From: Clostridia bacterium
GTDB taxonomy: Bacteria > Bacillota > Clostridia > Tissierellales > Dethiosulfatibacteraceae
Assembly (NCBI GenBank): GCA_011390775.1
Contig: JAABRS010000001.1
Location: forward strand, 1 to 62,182
DNA: 62,182 nucleotides
Direction: 5' to 3'
Positions 47,695-56,478 of this stretch are shown here, in pieces (the stretch's first letter is position 1; the number at the start of each line of letters is the position of its first letter). The translations under genes were made by a program, and so were the position numbers. Under the pieces are notes generated by a model. That model had not been told where the DNA came from. It made no database searches and was given only the letters and a program-made list of their open reading frames with translations.

Positions 47695-48642
47695 TTATTC
47701 AAATAGCTTACTTATAGATCTACCTTCTGATACTCTTTTTATTACATCGGCTAACAAAGGTGCAGTACTTACAACTGTAATTTTATCAATTTGTTTCTCT
47801 TTTGTTAATGGAATAGTATCTGTAATTACAAGTTCTTTAATTACAGAATTTTCTATTCTATCTATAGCCGGTCCAGATAAAACTCCATGAGTTGCACAGG
47901 CATAAACTTCTTTAGCCCCTAAATCCTTAAGTACTTTAGCTGCTTTTGTCAAAGATCCAGCGGTATCTACAATATCGTCTATTAATACCACATTTTTATT
48001 TTCTATATCTCCAACAACATTCATAACTTCAGAAACATTAGCTTTTTGTCTTCTTTTTTCTATTATTGCTATTGGTAAATCCAATGAAGTTGCGAAGTTT
48101 CTAGCTCTTAATACTCCACCTACATCCGGAGATACAATTACTGTGTTCTCATCTAATATCGGTTGAATATATCTTGCTAAAATAGGTCCACCTAACAAAT
48201 GATCTACAGGTACATTGAAATATCCCTGTATTTGACCTGCATGTAAGTCCATTGTTACTACTCTATGGGCTCCAGCTGCTGCTATCATATCTGCCACTAA
48301 CTTTGATGTAATAGGATCTCTTGCTTTAGTTTTTCTATCCTGTCTTGCATAACCGTAATATGGTATTACTGCATTTATTCTACCTGCAGATGCTCTTTTT
48401 AAAGCATCTATAAATATCAATAATTCCATTAGATTTTCATTTACCGGTGGACATGTCGGCTGTATTACAAATACATCAGCACCTCTTACAGATTCTTTGA
48501 TTTCTATAGATGATTCTCCATCACTAAAAGCTCCAACTCTACATTCTCCTAAAGGCTGTCCTAATTCTTTGCTAACTTTCTCAGCCAAATCATTATTGGA
48601 ACCAGCACTAAATAGTTTGATTCCCGCATTTTGTAAAAGCAT
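47695..48642 (-). CDS. prs: Ribose-phosphate pyrophosphokinase
   Basis: 'YARQDRK', 'DLHAGQIQGYF', and PRPP loop 'VLIDDIVDTAGS'. Confidence 0.95.
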   Translation of the reverse strand: MLLQNAGIKLFSAGSNNDLAEKVSKELGQPLGECRVGAFSDGESSIEIKESVRGADVFVIQPTCPPVNENLMELLIFIDALKRASAGRINAVIPYYGYARQDRKTKARDPITSKLVADMIAAAGAHRVVTMDLHAGQIQGYFNVPVDHLLGGPILARYIQPILDENTVIVSPDVGGVLRARNFATSLDLPIAIIEKRRQKANVSEVMNVVGDIENKNVVLIDDIVDTAGSLTKAAKVLKDLGAKEVYACATHGVLSGPAIDRIENSVIKELVITDTIPLTKEKQIDKITVVSTAPLLADVIKRVSEGRSISKLFE

Positions 48643-48651
48643 TATAACCTC

Positions 48652-50022
48652 CTATTTATACCTATCTTTCCCTTTATTTATTTTAGTAACCTGTCTTGCT
48701 CTTCCAATGGCTAAAGCATTTTTTCCTACTTCTTCAGTAATCGTAGAACCACAGGCAATATAAGCTCCCTCATTTATCACTATGGGTGCAACTAAGTTGG
48801 AATTACTTCCTACAAAGGCTCCATCTTTTATTATTGTCTTATGTTTTTTCTTCCCGTCGTAATTAACGAATATTACTCCACATCCTATATTTGCATCTTT
48901 TCCAACTTCTCCGTCACCTAAGTATGCTAGATGAGAAGCTTTAGAATTATCTCCTATTGTTGTATTTTTCATTTCAACAAAGTCACCTATTTTAACATAA
49001 TTACCAATTTTGCAATTCGGTCTTATATATGCATAAGGTCCAATTTTATTATAATTTTTTAGTGTAGATTTTATTATTTTTGAGTTTTCGATACTATTAT
49101 TGCTTCCTATTTTTGAACTTTGAATTCTTGTTCCAGGTCCAATAATATTATCTTCTCCTATTTCAGTCTTTCCTTCTAAAAAAGTATTAGGATATATAAT
49201 TGTATCTATTCCTATTTTAACATCTTTTTCAATATATGTATTATCAGGATCAATGATAGTTACACCATTAAGCATATGCTTTTTATTTATTCTAAGTTTT
49301 TCTTCTTTACTTAGTTCAGAAAGCTGAATCCTGTTATTTACTCCTTTAATTTGTACGGTATCGGATATTTTATATCCACCAACCTTGTATCCTTTTTCTA
49401 CAATCATTTTTATTCCATCTGTAATATAATATTCATTTTGTGAATTATCATTATCCAATTCATTTAAAACATTTTTTAATTCTTTTCCATCAAAACAGTA
49501 TATCCCAGAATTTATTTCATTAATTTTCTTCTCTTCTTCTGATGCATCCTTTTCTTCTACGATACCTATAATCTGATTATTATGTCTAAGTATACGTCCA
49601 TATCCATAGGGTTCTTCTATATCTGCCGTAAGTACTGAAGCCGTATTTTTATTTTCTTTGTGAAATTTAATAAATTCATTTAAAGTTTTTCCTTCTATAA
49701 GAGGAACATCGCCATTTAAGATAACTACTGTTGAACTATCTTCAATATAATCTACTGCCTGCATTACAGCATATCCTGTACCGTAGGGTTTATCTTCTCC
49801 TATTGGTTGTTCTTTCCAATTAAAATCCTTATTTTTTAGAGCCTTTAATATCTCATCCTTACCATGTCCTAGAATCAAAACTTTCTTATCTATCCTTCCA
49901 TCTTCACATGCATCTAAAACATATTGAATAATCTTCTTACCCATTACTTCATGAAGGACTTTAGGAGTTCTAGATTTCATTCTAGTACCTTCTCCTGCAG
50001 CAAGAATTATTCCTATATTCAT
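48652..50022 (-). CDS. glmU: Bifunctional UDP-GlcNAc pyrophosphorylase / GlcN-1-P acetyltransferase
   Basis: 'ILAAGEGTRMKS', 'YGTGYAV', and C-terminal left-handed beta-helix hexapeptide repeats. Confidence 0.95.
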   Translation of the reverse strand: MNIGIILAAGEGTRMKSRTPKVLHEVMGKKIIQYVLDACEDGRIDKKVLILGHGKDEILKALKNKDFNWKEQPIGEDKPYGTGYAVMQAVDYIEDSSTVVILNGDVPLIEGKTLNEFIKFHKENKNTASVLTADIEEPYGYGRILRHNNQIIGIVEEKDASEEEKKINEINSGIYCFDGKELKNVLNELDNDNSQNEYYITDGIKMIVEKGYKVGGYKISDTVQIKGVNNRIQLSELSKEEKLRINKKHMLNGVTIIDPDNTYIEKDVKIGIDTIIYPNTFLEGKTEIGEDNIIGPGTRIQSSKIGSNNSIENSKIIKSTLKNYNKIGPYAYIRPNCKIGNYVKIGDFVEMKNTTIGDNSKASHLAYLGDGEVGKDANIGCGVIFVNYDGKKKHKTIIKDGAFVGSNSNLVAPIVINEGAYIACGSTITEEVGKNALAIGRARQVTKINKGKDRYK

Positions 50023-50045
50023 TTTATCACCTCGATTTCTATGAT

Positions 50046-50074
50046 ATTATACAACTATAAACTCTTATTGACAA
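50046..50074 (-). promoter_or_regulatory. Candidate sigma-A promoter of glmU-prs-pth
   Basis: Minus strand TTGTCA-N17-TATAAT with a TG extended -10. Confidence 0.5.
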
Positions 50075-50104
50075 TATTATATCTAAACAAATCAAATAAC
50101 ACAA

Positions 50105-50128
50105 TAAAAAAGGGTCTTGTTAGACCCT
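50105..50128 (-). terminator. Rho-independent terminator after spoVG
   Basis: Minus strand AGGGTCT-aaca-AGACCCT followed by TTTTTTATT. Confidence 0.65.
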
Positions 50129-50147
50129 CGCGGATAGTAATATTAAA

Positions 50148-50417
50148 TTATTCCTCTTCTTCCGCCAACTTTTCTTCATACGCAGCAAACACAGCATCCT
50201 GTATCATAGCTCTTGTTTCAGAGTTGATTGGGTGTGCTATATCCTTAAATTCGCCATCTGGCATTTTTCTACTTGGCATAGCTATGAAAGGTCCATTTTG
50301 TCCATCGATAATTTTAATGTCATGTACAACAAAGCAATCATCAAAAGTAACAGAAACGATGGCTTTCATCTTGCCTTCAGAGTTTATTTTTCTAACTCTT
50401 ACATCTGTAATTTGCAT
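50148..50417 (-). CDS. spoVG: Septation protein SpoVG
   Basis: '[48 protein letters not shown]': near-canonical SpoVG. Confidence 0.95.
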   Translation of the reverse strand: MQITDVRVRKINSEGKMKAIVSVTFDDCFVVHDIKIIDGQNGPFIAMPSRKMPDGEFKDIAHPINSETRAMIQDAVFAAYEEKLAEEEE

Positions 50418-50501
50418 GGTTTCACCACCTTCTTAAAAAATTATGTCCAAACTATAATATATTTTACTATATTTTAATAAAAAAAGCAAAATTTTTATTC
50501 T

Positions 50502-51323
50502 TTAAAACCCTTGTAATTTATTAGGTTTAATGACTATTAACTTGTTCTCCTCGTCTACTTTTTCAAGAAGTAATAATGAATTATAATCAGTGAAAAGTTT
50601 CTTTTTAGGTTCCTTTGTAGAAATAACTACAGAAACACCTTCTACTTCTACATTAAATTCACTCATCATATCCTTCATGCCTCTTACGGTTCCTCCACCT
50701 TTCATAAAATCATCTACTATTAAAACTTTGGAATTTTCTTTCAAAGCTCTTCTTGATAGAGTCATAGTTTGAATTTTATTAGATGAACCGGATACGTAGT
50801 TTATGCTTAAAGTGCTTCCTTCAGTAACCTTTGTATTTCTTCTTATTACTACTAAAGGTACGTCCATTTCTTTAGCAGTCATCAAGGCTGCCGGTATTCC
50901 TTTAGTCTCAACTGTAACCACATAATCTATTTCTTTGTCTTCATACATAGATACTATTATTTTAGCAATATTTTGTACATAATAAGGATTGTTGAATATG
51001 TCTGTCATATAGATAAATCCCCCGGGTATTATCCTTTTTTTATCTGAAAACACGCTGCATAGTTCTTCTTGTATCTTTTTTATTTCATCTTTTTTTATTT
51101 TAGGTGTAAAAACTACACCCCCAGAAGCTCCTGCTATTGTTTTTATTTCTCCGTAGTTAAATTCTTCCACTATGTTTTTAACTATTACAATATCTTCACT
51201 TATAGTAGATTTTGCTGAATTAAAAATTTCAGAAAAATAATTATATGAAAATATATGATTTGGCCTTTCAGAAAATATTTTCATCAAAGCTCCAATTCTT
51301 TGATTTCTTTTATATTTTTTCAT
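50502..51323 (-). CDS. purR: Purine operon repressor
   Basis: N-terminal PurR winged-helix region plus a PRT domain 'VLIVDDFMKGGGT'. purR-spoVG synteny as in Bacilli. Confidence 0.9.
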   Translation of the reverse strand: MKKYKRNQRIGALMKIFSERPNHIFSYNYFSEIFNSAKSTISEDIVIVKNIVEEFNYGEIKTIAGASGGVVFTPKIKKDEIKKIQEELCSVFSDKKRIIPGGFIYMTDIFNNPYYVQNIAKIIVSMYEDKEIDYVVTVETKGIPAALMTAKEMDVPLVVIRRNTKVTEGSTLSINYVSGSSNKIQTMTLSRRALKENSKVLIVDDFMKGGGTVRGMKDMMSEFNVEVEGVSVVISTKEPKKKLFTDYNSLLLLEKVDEENKLIVIKPNKLQGF

Positions 51324-51353
51324 TTGTTCACCTCAATACGAATTATTGAGTTA

Positions 51354-51382
51354 ATTATACATTCTTTGTTCGTTCATTACAA
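51354..51382 (-). promoter_or_regulatory. Candidate purR promoter with a PurBox-like element in the spacer
   Basis: Minus strand TTGTAA-N17-TATAAT. The spacer holds AATGAACGAACAAAG, resembling the B. subtilis PurBox core CGAAC. Confidence 0.4.
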
Positions 51383-51451
51383 GAACTGATACTTTTAAAT
51401 ATTTTTAAATTTTGATATAATGATGCTAATATTAAAAAAGGTGGTTATTAA

Positions 51452-52807
51452 ATGAAAAAATATACTTCTATTCATTTCATAGGAATAGGTGGTATCAGCA
51501 TGAGTGCTTTAGCTCAGATAATGCTTGATAAAGGGGTTAAAGTATCAGGTTCTGATATTACACAATCTCATTTGACTGATTTACTCAAAAATAAAGGTGC
51601 CAAAATCCAAATAGGCCATAATGAGAATAATATTGATAATATAGATTTAGTTGTATATACATCAGCTGTAGGAGAAGATAATCCTGAATATCAAAAGGCA
51701 TTAGCTTTAGGTATACCATTAGTTGAAAGAGCTGCGTTTTTAGGCGAAATGATGAATGATTACTTCAAAACCACAGCTATATCCGGCACTCACGGTAAAA
51801 CAACAACTACAGGTATGCTAGCTGATATTATGATGAATACCGATATTGACCCTACTATTCTTTTAGGCGGAGAATACCAGGCAATGGAAGGTAATATAAG
51901 GTTGGGTAAAAAGAATTATTTTTTGACCGAAGCTTGTGAATATAAGCGTAACTTTCTTAATTTTAGTCCTTACATTGGAGCAATTTTAAATATAGAAGAA
52001 GATCATCTTGACTATTATAAGGATTTGAGTGAAATAAAGAGTGCCTTTAAAGAATTTGCTCAAAAAATTCCTTCCTACGGATTTCTTGTATATAATGCAG
52101 ATGATAAAAACCAGGAAAATTTATTCGATGATCTATCATGTAACATGAAATCTTTTGGAATAAATAATGATTCTTATGCTAAAGCTGTAGATGTTAAATT
52201 TAATCCATATCCTTCATATGATTTATTTATAGAAGGAGAAAAAATTTGCCATATAAAATTAAAGGTTCCAGGATTTCATAATATTTATAATTCCTTGGCT
52301 GCTGCCACTTGTGCTTATATAACAGGAGTATCGAACTGTTCAATAAAAAATGGTTTGGAAAATTTTTCAGGTACTAAAAGAAGGTTTGAATACAAAGGTA
52401 CCTATAAAAATCGTATTATAATAGATGATTATGCTCATCATCCAACAGAAATCAAAACTACATTGGATGCTGTATCAAACTTGACTGAAGGTGATGTTTT
52501 AGTAGTTTTTCAACCTCACACTTATTCACGAACAGAAAAATTGATGAAGCAATTTTCCCAAGCATTTTCTTCAGCCAGTAAGGTTGTAATTATAGATATA
52601 TATGCTGCAAGGGAAAAAAACGATGGCAAAGTATCTTCAAAAGATTTAGTAAGTAATCTAAAGAAAAATAATGTGGATGCAGTATATAAAAAAGATTTCC
52701 AAGAAGCTGCAGAGTATTTAATGGAAAACTCTTCATCAAAAGACATAATAATGACTATGGGTGCTGGAGATGTATATAAGGTGGGAGATATTATTACAAA
52801 ACTTTAA
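51452..52807 (+). CDS. murC: UDP-N-acetylmuramate--L-alanine ligase
   Basis: 'HFIGIGGISMSALA', 'GTHGKTTTT', 'EACEYKRNF', 'DDYAHHPTE'. Confidence 0.95.
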   Translation: MKKYTSIHFIGIGGISMSALAQIMLDKGVKVSGSDITQSHLTDLLKNKGAKIQIGHNENNIDNIDLVVYTSAVGEDNPEYQKALALGIPLVERAAFLGEMMNDYFKTTAISGTHGKTTTTGMLADIMMNTDIDPTILLGGEYQAMEGNIRLGKKNYFLTEACEYKRNFLNFSPYIGAILNIEEDHLDYYKDLSEIKSAFKEFAQKIPSYGFLVYNADDKNQENLFDDLSCNMKSFGINNDSYAKAVDVKFNPYPSYDLFIEGEKICHIKLKVPGFHNIYNSLAAATCAYITGVSNCSIKNGLENFSGTKRRFEYKGTYKNRIIIDDYAHHPTEIKTTLDAVSNLTEGDVLVVFQPHTYSRTEKLMKQFSQAFSSASKVVIIDIYAAREKNDGKVSSKDLVSNLKKNNVDAVYKKDFQEAAEYLMENSSSKDIIMTMGAGDVYKVGDIITKL

Positions 52808-52816
52808 CAATGCTTT

Positions 52817-52940
52817 TTGAATATATAGAAAATCTAAGGGTATATTATAAATGAAATGTCCCCACTCCCCCTATCTTGCAGTTTTCTGCGATATAGATTA
52901 TTAAGGCTACTTCTAAGAAGTAGCCTTAATTTTGTTTATT
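52817..52940 (+). ncRNA. Candidate small RNA (unverified): promoter, C-rich 5' region, two hairpins, U-tail
   Basis: TTGAAT-N18-TATATT (52817-52846). CCCC (52860-63) and CCCCC (52867-71) tracts. Hairpin at 52871-52896 and terminator at 52901-52929, followed by ATTTTGTTTATTTT. Confidence 0.25.
52901..52940 (+). terminator. Rho-independent terminator (serves murC and/or the candidate sRNA)
   Basis: TTAAGGCTACTTC-taa-GAAGTAGCCTTAA (13-bp stem) followed by a T-rich tail on the + strand only. Confidence 0.75.
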
Positions 52941-54050
52941 TTATTCAAAATCAAATTTATAATCCAAAGAAAATCTATCCCTTAATTCAATTAACTGCTT
53001 TCTTAATACCTTATTTATAGGTGCTCCTTTATTTTCTCTTTCTTTCCATGTGATATATTCTTTCTCTCCAGCCGTGAAAATTTTTTCTGCACCGGGCATT
53101 TTTTCAGAATTTCTCAACTGTCTTAGAATTTCTCCAGACCTTTTTTTGAATTCTTCTACTTCAATAAAATTTTCTACGTTAATTGCAATGAAGAAATGTC
53201 CTAAATGATAAGGTTGTTTATTTCCCTCTTTATCATATCCAGACAAAGCTTTCAAAAATATTCCACCCTGTAAAGCTGCTGACAGTATCTCGACAACTGT
53301 AGCATATCCATAACCTTTATATCCTGCTAATTCTTCTCCTATGCCTCCTAATGGTGATAGGGCTGCATTTCCACTAACCAAATCTTTGAGTATCTGTTCT
53401 GTATCTGTCCTTGCCGATCCATCTCTACCTATAACCCATCCTGCAGGAGTTTCTTTCCCTTCTCTAGCAAGTTTTTCAATTTTTCCTCTTTGGGATATTG
53501 ATGTCGCACAATCTAATAAAAACGGAAATTTTTCATCTGTGGGCATAGCAATTGTCAAAGGATTAGTTCCCAACATATTTTCTACTCCAAAGGTTGGAGC
53601 AATAGATGGTCTAGCATTAGTTCCAGTAATACCTATCATATTTTTTTCTACAGCCATCAAAGGATAATATCCAGCAAAACCGTAATGAGATGAATTTCTT
53701 ACTGCCACCATCCCCATACCGTACTCTTCAGCTTTATTAATTGCCATGTTCATGGCTTTTTTAGATATAACATGACCTATTCCATCATTTCCATCTAAAA
53801 CGGCTGTAGTAGGGCTTTCTTTCACTATGTCAACTTTAGTCTTTACGTTTAAAATTCCATCATCTATCCTATCTACATATATAGGCTTAAATCTACCAAT
53901 TCCATGTGAATCTATACCCATTTTATCTGCATTTATAAGAACCTCAGCTGCTACAGCTGCATCTTCTTTTGGTAAATCCATTTCTATAAATACATCTGTC
54001 ATAAAACTTTCTAAAATATCAAAATCTACCCAAGTTATTTTGTCTTTCAT
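52941..54050 (-). CDS. Ldh2-family (malate/L-lactate dehydrogenase 2-type) oxidoreductase
   Basis: 369 aa with 'GIDSHGIGRF', 'SSHYGFAGYY', 'GTNPLTIAMP', 'KGYGYATVVEIL'. Substrate not assignable. Confidence 0.75.
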   Translation of the reverse strand: MKDKITWVDFDILESFMTDVFIEMDLPKEDAAVAAEVLINADKMGIDSHGIGRFKPIYVDRIDDGILNVKTKVDIVKESPTTAVLDGNDGIGHVISKKAMNMAINKAEEYGMGMVAVRNSSHYGFAGYYPLMAVEKNMIGITGTNARPSIAPTFGVENMLGTNPLTIAMPTDEKFPFLLDCATSISQRGKIEKLAREGKETPAGWVIGRDGSARTDTEQILKDLVSGNAALSPLGGIGEELAGYKGYGYATVVEILSAALQGGIFLKALSGYDKEGNKQPYHLGHFFIAINVENFIEVEEFKKRSGEILRQLRNSEKMPGAEKIFTAGEKEYITWKERENKGAPINKVLRKQLIELRDRFSLDYKFDFE

Positions 54051-54097
54051 AATTCACCTCTTGTTTTTTTTAATTTTATAGCATGTTTAATTATTTA

Positions 54098-54304
54098 TCA
54101 AATTATTACCATGATTACCCCTATAATTGCTATCAAAACAGATAAACCGTATAGAATTTTTTCAGCTGCATCATCTCCAAATTTTTTTCTCATAAACTTC
54201 ACCTTAAAATTATTCCATACGAAGTGTGGTTTTGAATTTGTCCACATAAAAAGAAATCCGGCATATATTATAACAATAAATCCTATGATTTTATATGGGT
54301 CCAT
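54098..54304 (-). CDS. Small two-TM membrane protein, unknown function
   Basis: 68 aa counted from MDPYK (AGGAGG 7 nt upstream). Two hydrophobic helices flank a basic loop. Confidence 0.45.
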   Translation of the reverse strand: MDPYKIIGFIVIIYAGFLFMWTNSKPHFVWNNFKVKFMRKKFGDDAAEKILYGLSVLIAIIGVIMVII

Positions 54305-54366
54305 ATTAATACCTCCTATCATATTCTTATTTCATTTATACCCGGATTTCACACTTTAATACCTAT

Positions 54367-55887
54367 CTATATTTGAAATTGGATTAACTTTTCCACCTCT
54401 TTTAATATTTCATCTTCTATTAGTAAACATTCACATTTATTTATATCTTCATAAAGTTCTCTATCTTCAGTTAGCATAGATATCTTATTTCTAATAATAT
54501 CATATGCTTCTTTAGTGCCTTTACCTAAACCTTTATTTCCTCTTAGATCAATACCTTGACATGCACACATCATCTCCATAGCTAAAACTCTTCTTGTATT
54601 TTTCATTATTTCCATAGCTTTTCTCGCTCCTATAGTTCCCATGGACACATGATCTTCTTGATTAGCAGAGGAAGGAATGCTATCCACACTTGCAGGATGA
54701 GCAAGACTTTTATTTTCCGATACTAATGAAGCTGCAGAATATTGAACTATCATAAATCCGTTGTTTAATCCACCCTTTTCAACTAAAAATGCTGGAAGTT
54801 TGCTTAATGAAGGATTAACCAACCTCTCGAGTCTTCTTTCTGAAATGTTTGCAAGTTCAGCTAATGCTATACTCATAAAATCAAAGGGTAGTGCAACAGG
54901 TTGTCCGTGAAAATTCCCTCCTGATATTCCAGTTTCATCAAAAATTATAGGATTGTCTGTTACTGAGTTTATTTCTATTAGAACCTTCTCTTTTATATAT
55001 TTTATGGCATCCTTAGTAGCTCCATGTACCTGTGGAGTACATCTTAGAGAATAGGCATCCTGTACTCTTATGTCTCCTTGATTAGTTGTCATTTTACTAT
55101 CTTCCAATAAATTTAGTAGGTTTTCTGCAGTATCTTTCTGCCCTTTATGGGGTCTAACCTCATGGACTCTTTTGTCTAATGCAGTAACTATTCCATTTTG
55201 AGCTTCAAATGATAATCCAGCTGCTATATCTGCCAATTTTGATAATTTTATTCCATCATATAAAGTTAAAGCACCTACAGCAGTCATGACTTGTGTTCCA
55301 TTAATTAGAGCTAATCCTTCTTTTGATGTTAATTCTATGGTTTTTATCCCTGCAAGCTCCATTCCTTCTTTTCCAGAATATATTTTTCCTCTGTATTCTA
55401 CCTTTCCCAATCCAATCATCGGTAATACCATATGTGATAAAGGTGCTAAATCTCCACTAGCTCCTAAAGAACCCTTCTCTGGAATTAATGGATGCACCTG
55501 CTTATTTATCATCTCAATTAAGGTTTCTACTGTTGATAATCTTATTCCAGAATATCCTATAGAAAGAGCATTAACTCTTAAAAGCATTATTGCTCTTACA
55601 ATATCTCTATCAAAAAAATTCCCTGAACCAACTGCATGGGTTATAATAAGATTTTTTTGCAAAAGCTTAGATTCTTCTTTAGAAATTATTACATCACTAA
55701 ATTTACCAAACCCTGTATTTATTCCATATATTTTTTTATCATTTTCTAAAAAATATTCTACCTTTTTTCGGGATTCTTTTATTTTTATAACTGCTTCTTT
55801 TTTTAATTTTATTTTGCAGTTTTCTCGAGCTACCTTTGCAAGCTCCTCCAGAGTTAAACTTTTTCCATCAATTAGTATGTTTTCCAT
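54367..55887 (-). CDS. hutH: Histidine ammonia-lyase
   Basis: MIO-forming 'GASGDLAPLSH', plus 'NTGFGKF' and 'QDAYSLRC'. Start at MENILIDG (AAGGAG 6 nt upstream). Confidence 0.95.
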   Translation of the reverse strand: MENILIDGKSLTLEELAKVARENCKIKLKKEAVIKIKESRKKVEYFLENDKKIYGINTGFGKFSDVIISKEESKLLQKNLIITHAVGSGNFFDRDIVRAIMLLRVNALSIGYSGIRLSTVETLIEMINKQVHPLIPEKGSLGASGDLAPLSHMVLPMIGLGKVEYRGKIYSGKEGMELAGIKTIELTSKEGLALINGTQVMTAVGALTLYDGIKLSKLADIAAGLSFEAQNGIVTALDKRVHEVRPHKGQKDTAENLLNLLEDSKMTTNQGDIRVQDAYSLRCTPQVHGATKDAIKYIKEKVLIEINSVTDNPIIFDETGISGGNFHGQPVALPFDFMSIALAELANISERRLERLVNPSLSKLPAFLVEKGGLNNGFMIVQYSAASLVSENKSLAHPASVDSIPSSANQEDHVSMGTIGARKAMEIMKNTRRVLAMEMMCACQGIDLRGNKGLGKGTKEAYDIIRNKISMLTEDRELYEDINKCECLLIEDEILKEVEKLIQFQI

Positions 55888-55910
55888 TTTTACTCCTTTC
55901 AAAAAGTAAT

Positions 55911-55949
55911 AAGGCAAATCAGGACTGAATCTCAGTCCTGATTTGCCTC
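55911..55949 (-). terminator. Intrinsic terminator in the hutP-hutH intergenic region (attenuator)
   Basis: Minus strand GGCAAAUCAGGACUGA-GAU-UCAGUCCUGAUUUGCC (16 perfect bp, extendable to 18) followed by UUAUUACUUUUU, about 25 nt before the hutH ATG. Confidence 0.8.
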
Positions 55950-55973
55950 CTAATATCTAATTTCTCTAGGCTA
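55950..55973 (-). promoter_or_regulatory. Candidate HutP RNA-binding site (UAG repeats)
   Basis: Minus-strand RNA reads UAG-cc-UAG-agaaau-UAG-auau-UAG. The last UAG abuts the 5' arm of the terminator. Confidence 0.6.
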
Positions 55974-56016
55974 TTTAATTTAAATACATTTTATTACAAA
56001 TTGCTAAATTAGTCAA

Positions 56017-56457
56017 CTAAATAGGTTGTATACCCATGCCTATTGCTTCATGCTCAAAGCCGTGTCTAGGAGATCCTATTTCTCCGTAAAGCACCACCGA
56101 AAGCCAACTTCCTGATGATTTATCATCTACTATAAGATTTCCTCTAACTAAAGTATATACTAATCCAGTACTTCTTAAAACTTCACCAAGTTCTACCTGT
56201 CCTCTACAGTATCCAGTAAAGGCTTCCATAGTAGCATGATAAAGAGCATGTTCTTCTCTATAATTTTCTCTTATGAAATCTTTTCTCATAGCTGCCGTTT
56301 CTATAGCTGCTATAATGTTTTTAGAATCCATAGATCCAGCCTGTCCTGTTAAAATATGATAGTTTTTCTTAGAATATTTCTCTATTAGAAAATCTTTTTC
56401 TTCTTTATCAGCAATAGATATTCTTATGGCTATTTTTCCAATTCCTGCTTTTTTCAT
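56017..56457 (-). CDS. hutP: Hut operon antiterminator HutP
   Basis: Collinear with B. subtilis HutP as I recall it: 'GSMDSKNIIAAIETAA', 'YREEHALYHATMEA', 'LYGEIGSP..GFEHEAIGMGI'. Confidence 0.9.
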   Translation of the reverse strand: MKKAGIGKIAIRISIADKEEKDFLIEKYSKKNYHILTGQAGSMDSKNIIAAIETAAMRKDFIRENYREEHALYHATMEAFTGYCRGQVELGEVLRSTGLVYTLVRGNLIVDDKSSGSWLSVVLYGEIGSPRHGFEHEAIGMGIQPI

Positions 56458-56478
56458 TTTATCACCTTACATATTATA

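Noticed and set aside
49924-50436. 170-aa + strand ORF spanning the glmU 5' end, the intergenic region and spoVG.
   Set aside because: It crosses a promoter and a terminator and runs antisense to two canonical genes. Its composition is low-complexity, so I treat it as spurious.
52851-52904. 17-codon ORF MKCPHSPYLAVFCDIDY in the murC-ldh2 spacer.
   Set aside because: The best promoter would start transcription at or beside the ATG, leaving no Shine-Dalgarno sequence. The AAGGG 10 nt upstream would lie upstream of that TSS. It cannot be excluded as a leaderless micropeptide, but an sRNA or 3'-UTR reading is more economical.
55286-55909. 207-aa ORF on the + strand antisense to hutH. Similar long antisense ORFs occur at 18051-18431, 20879-21250, 8181-8912, 53341-53667 and 57210-57530.
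   Set aside because: All of them lie fully inside strongly supported genes on the opposite strand. They have low-complexity Ser/Phe/Ile/Leu-rich translations with no recognisable motifs and no RBS. This is the expected by-product of AT-rich coding sequence.
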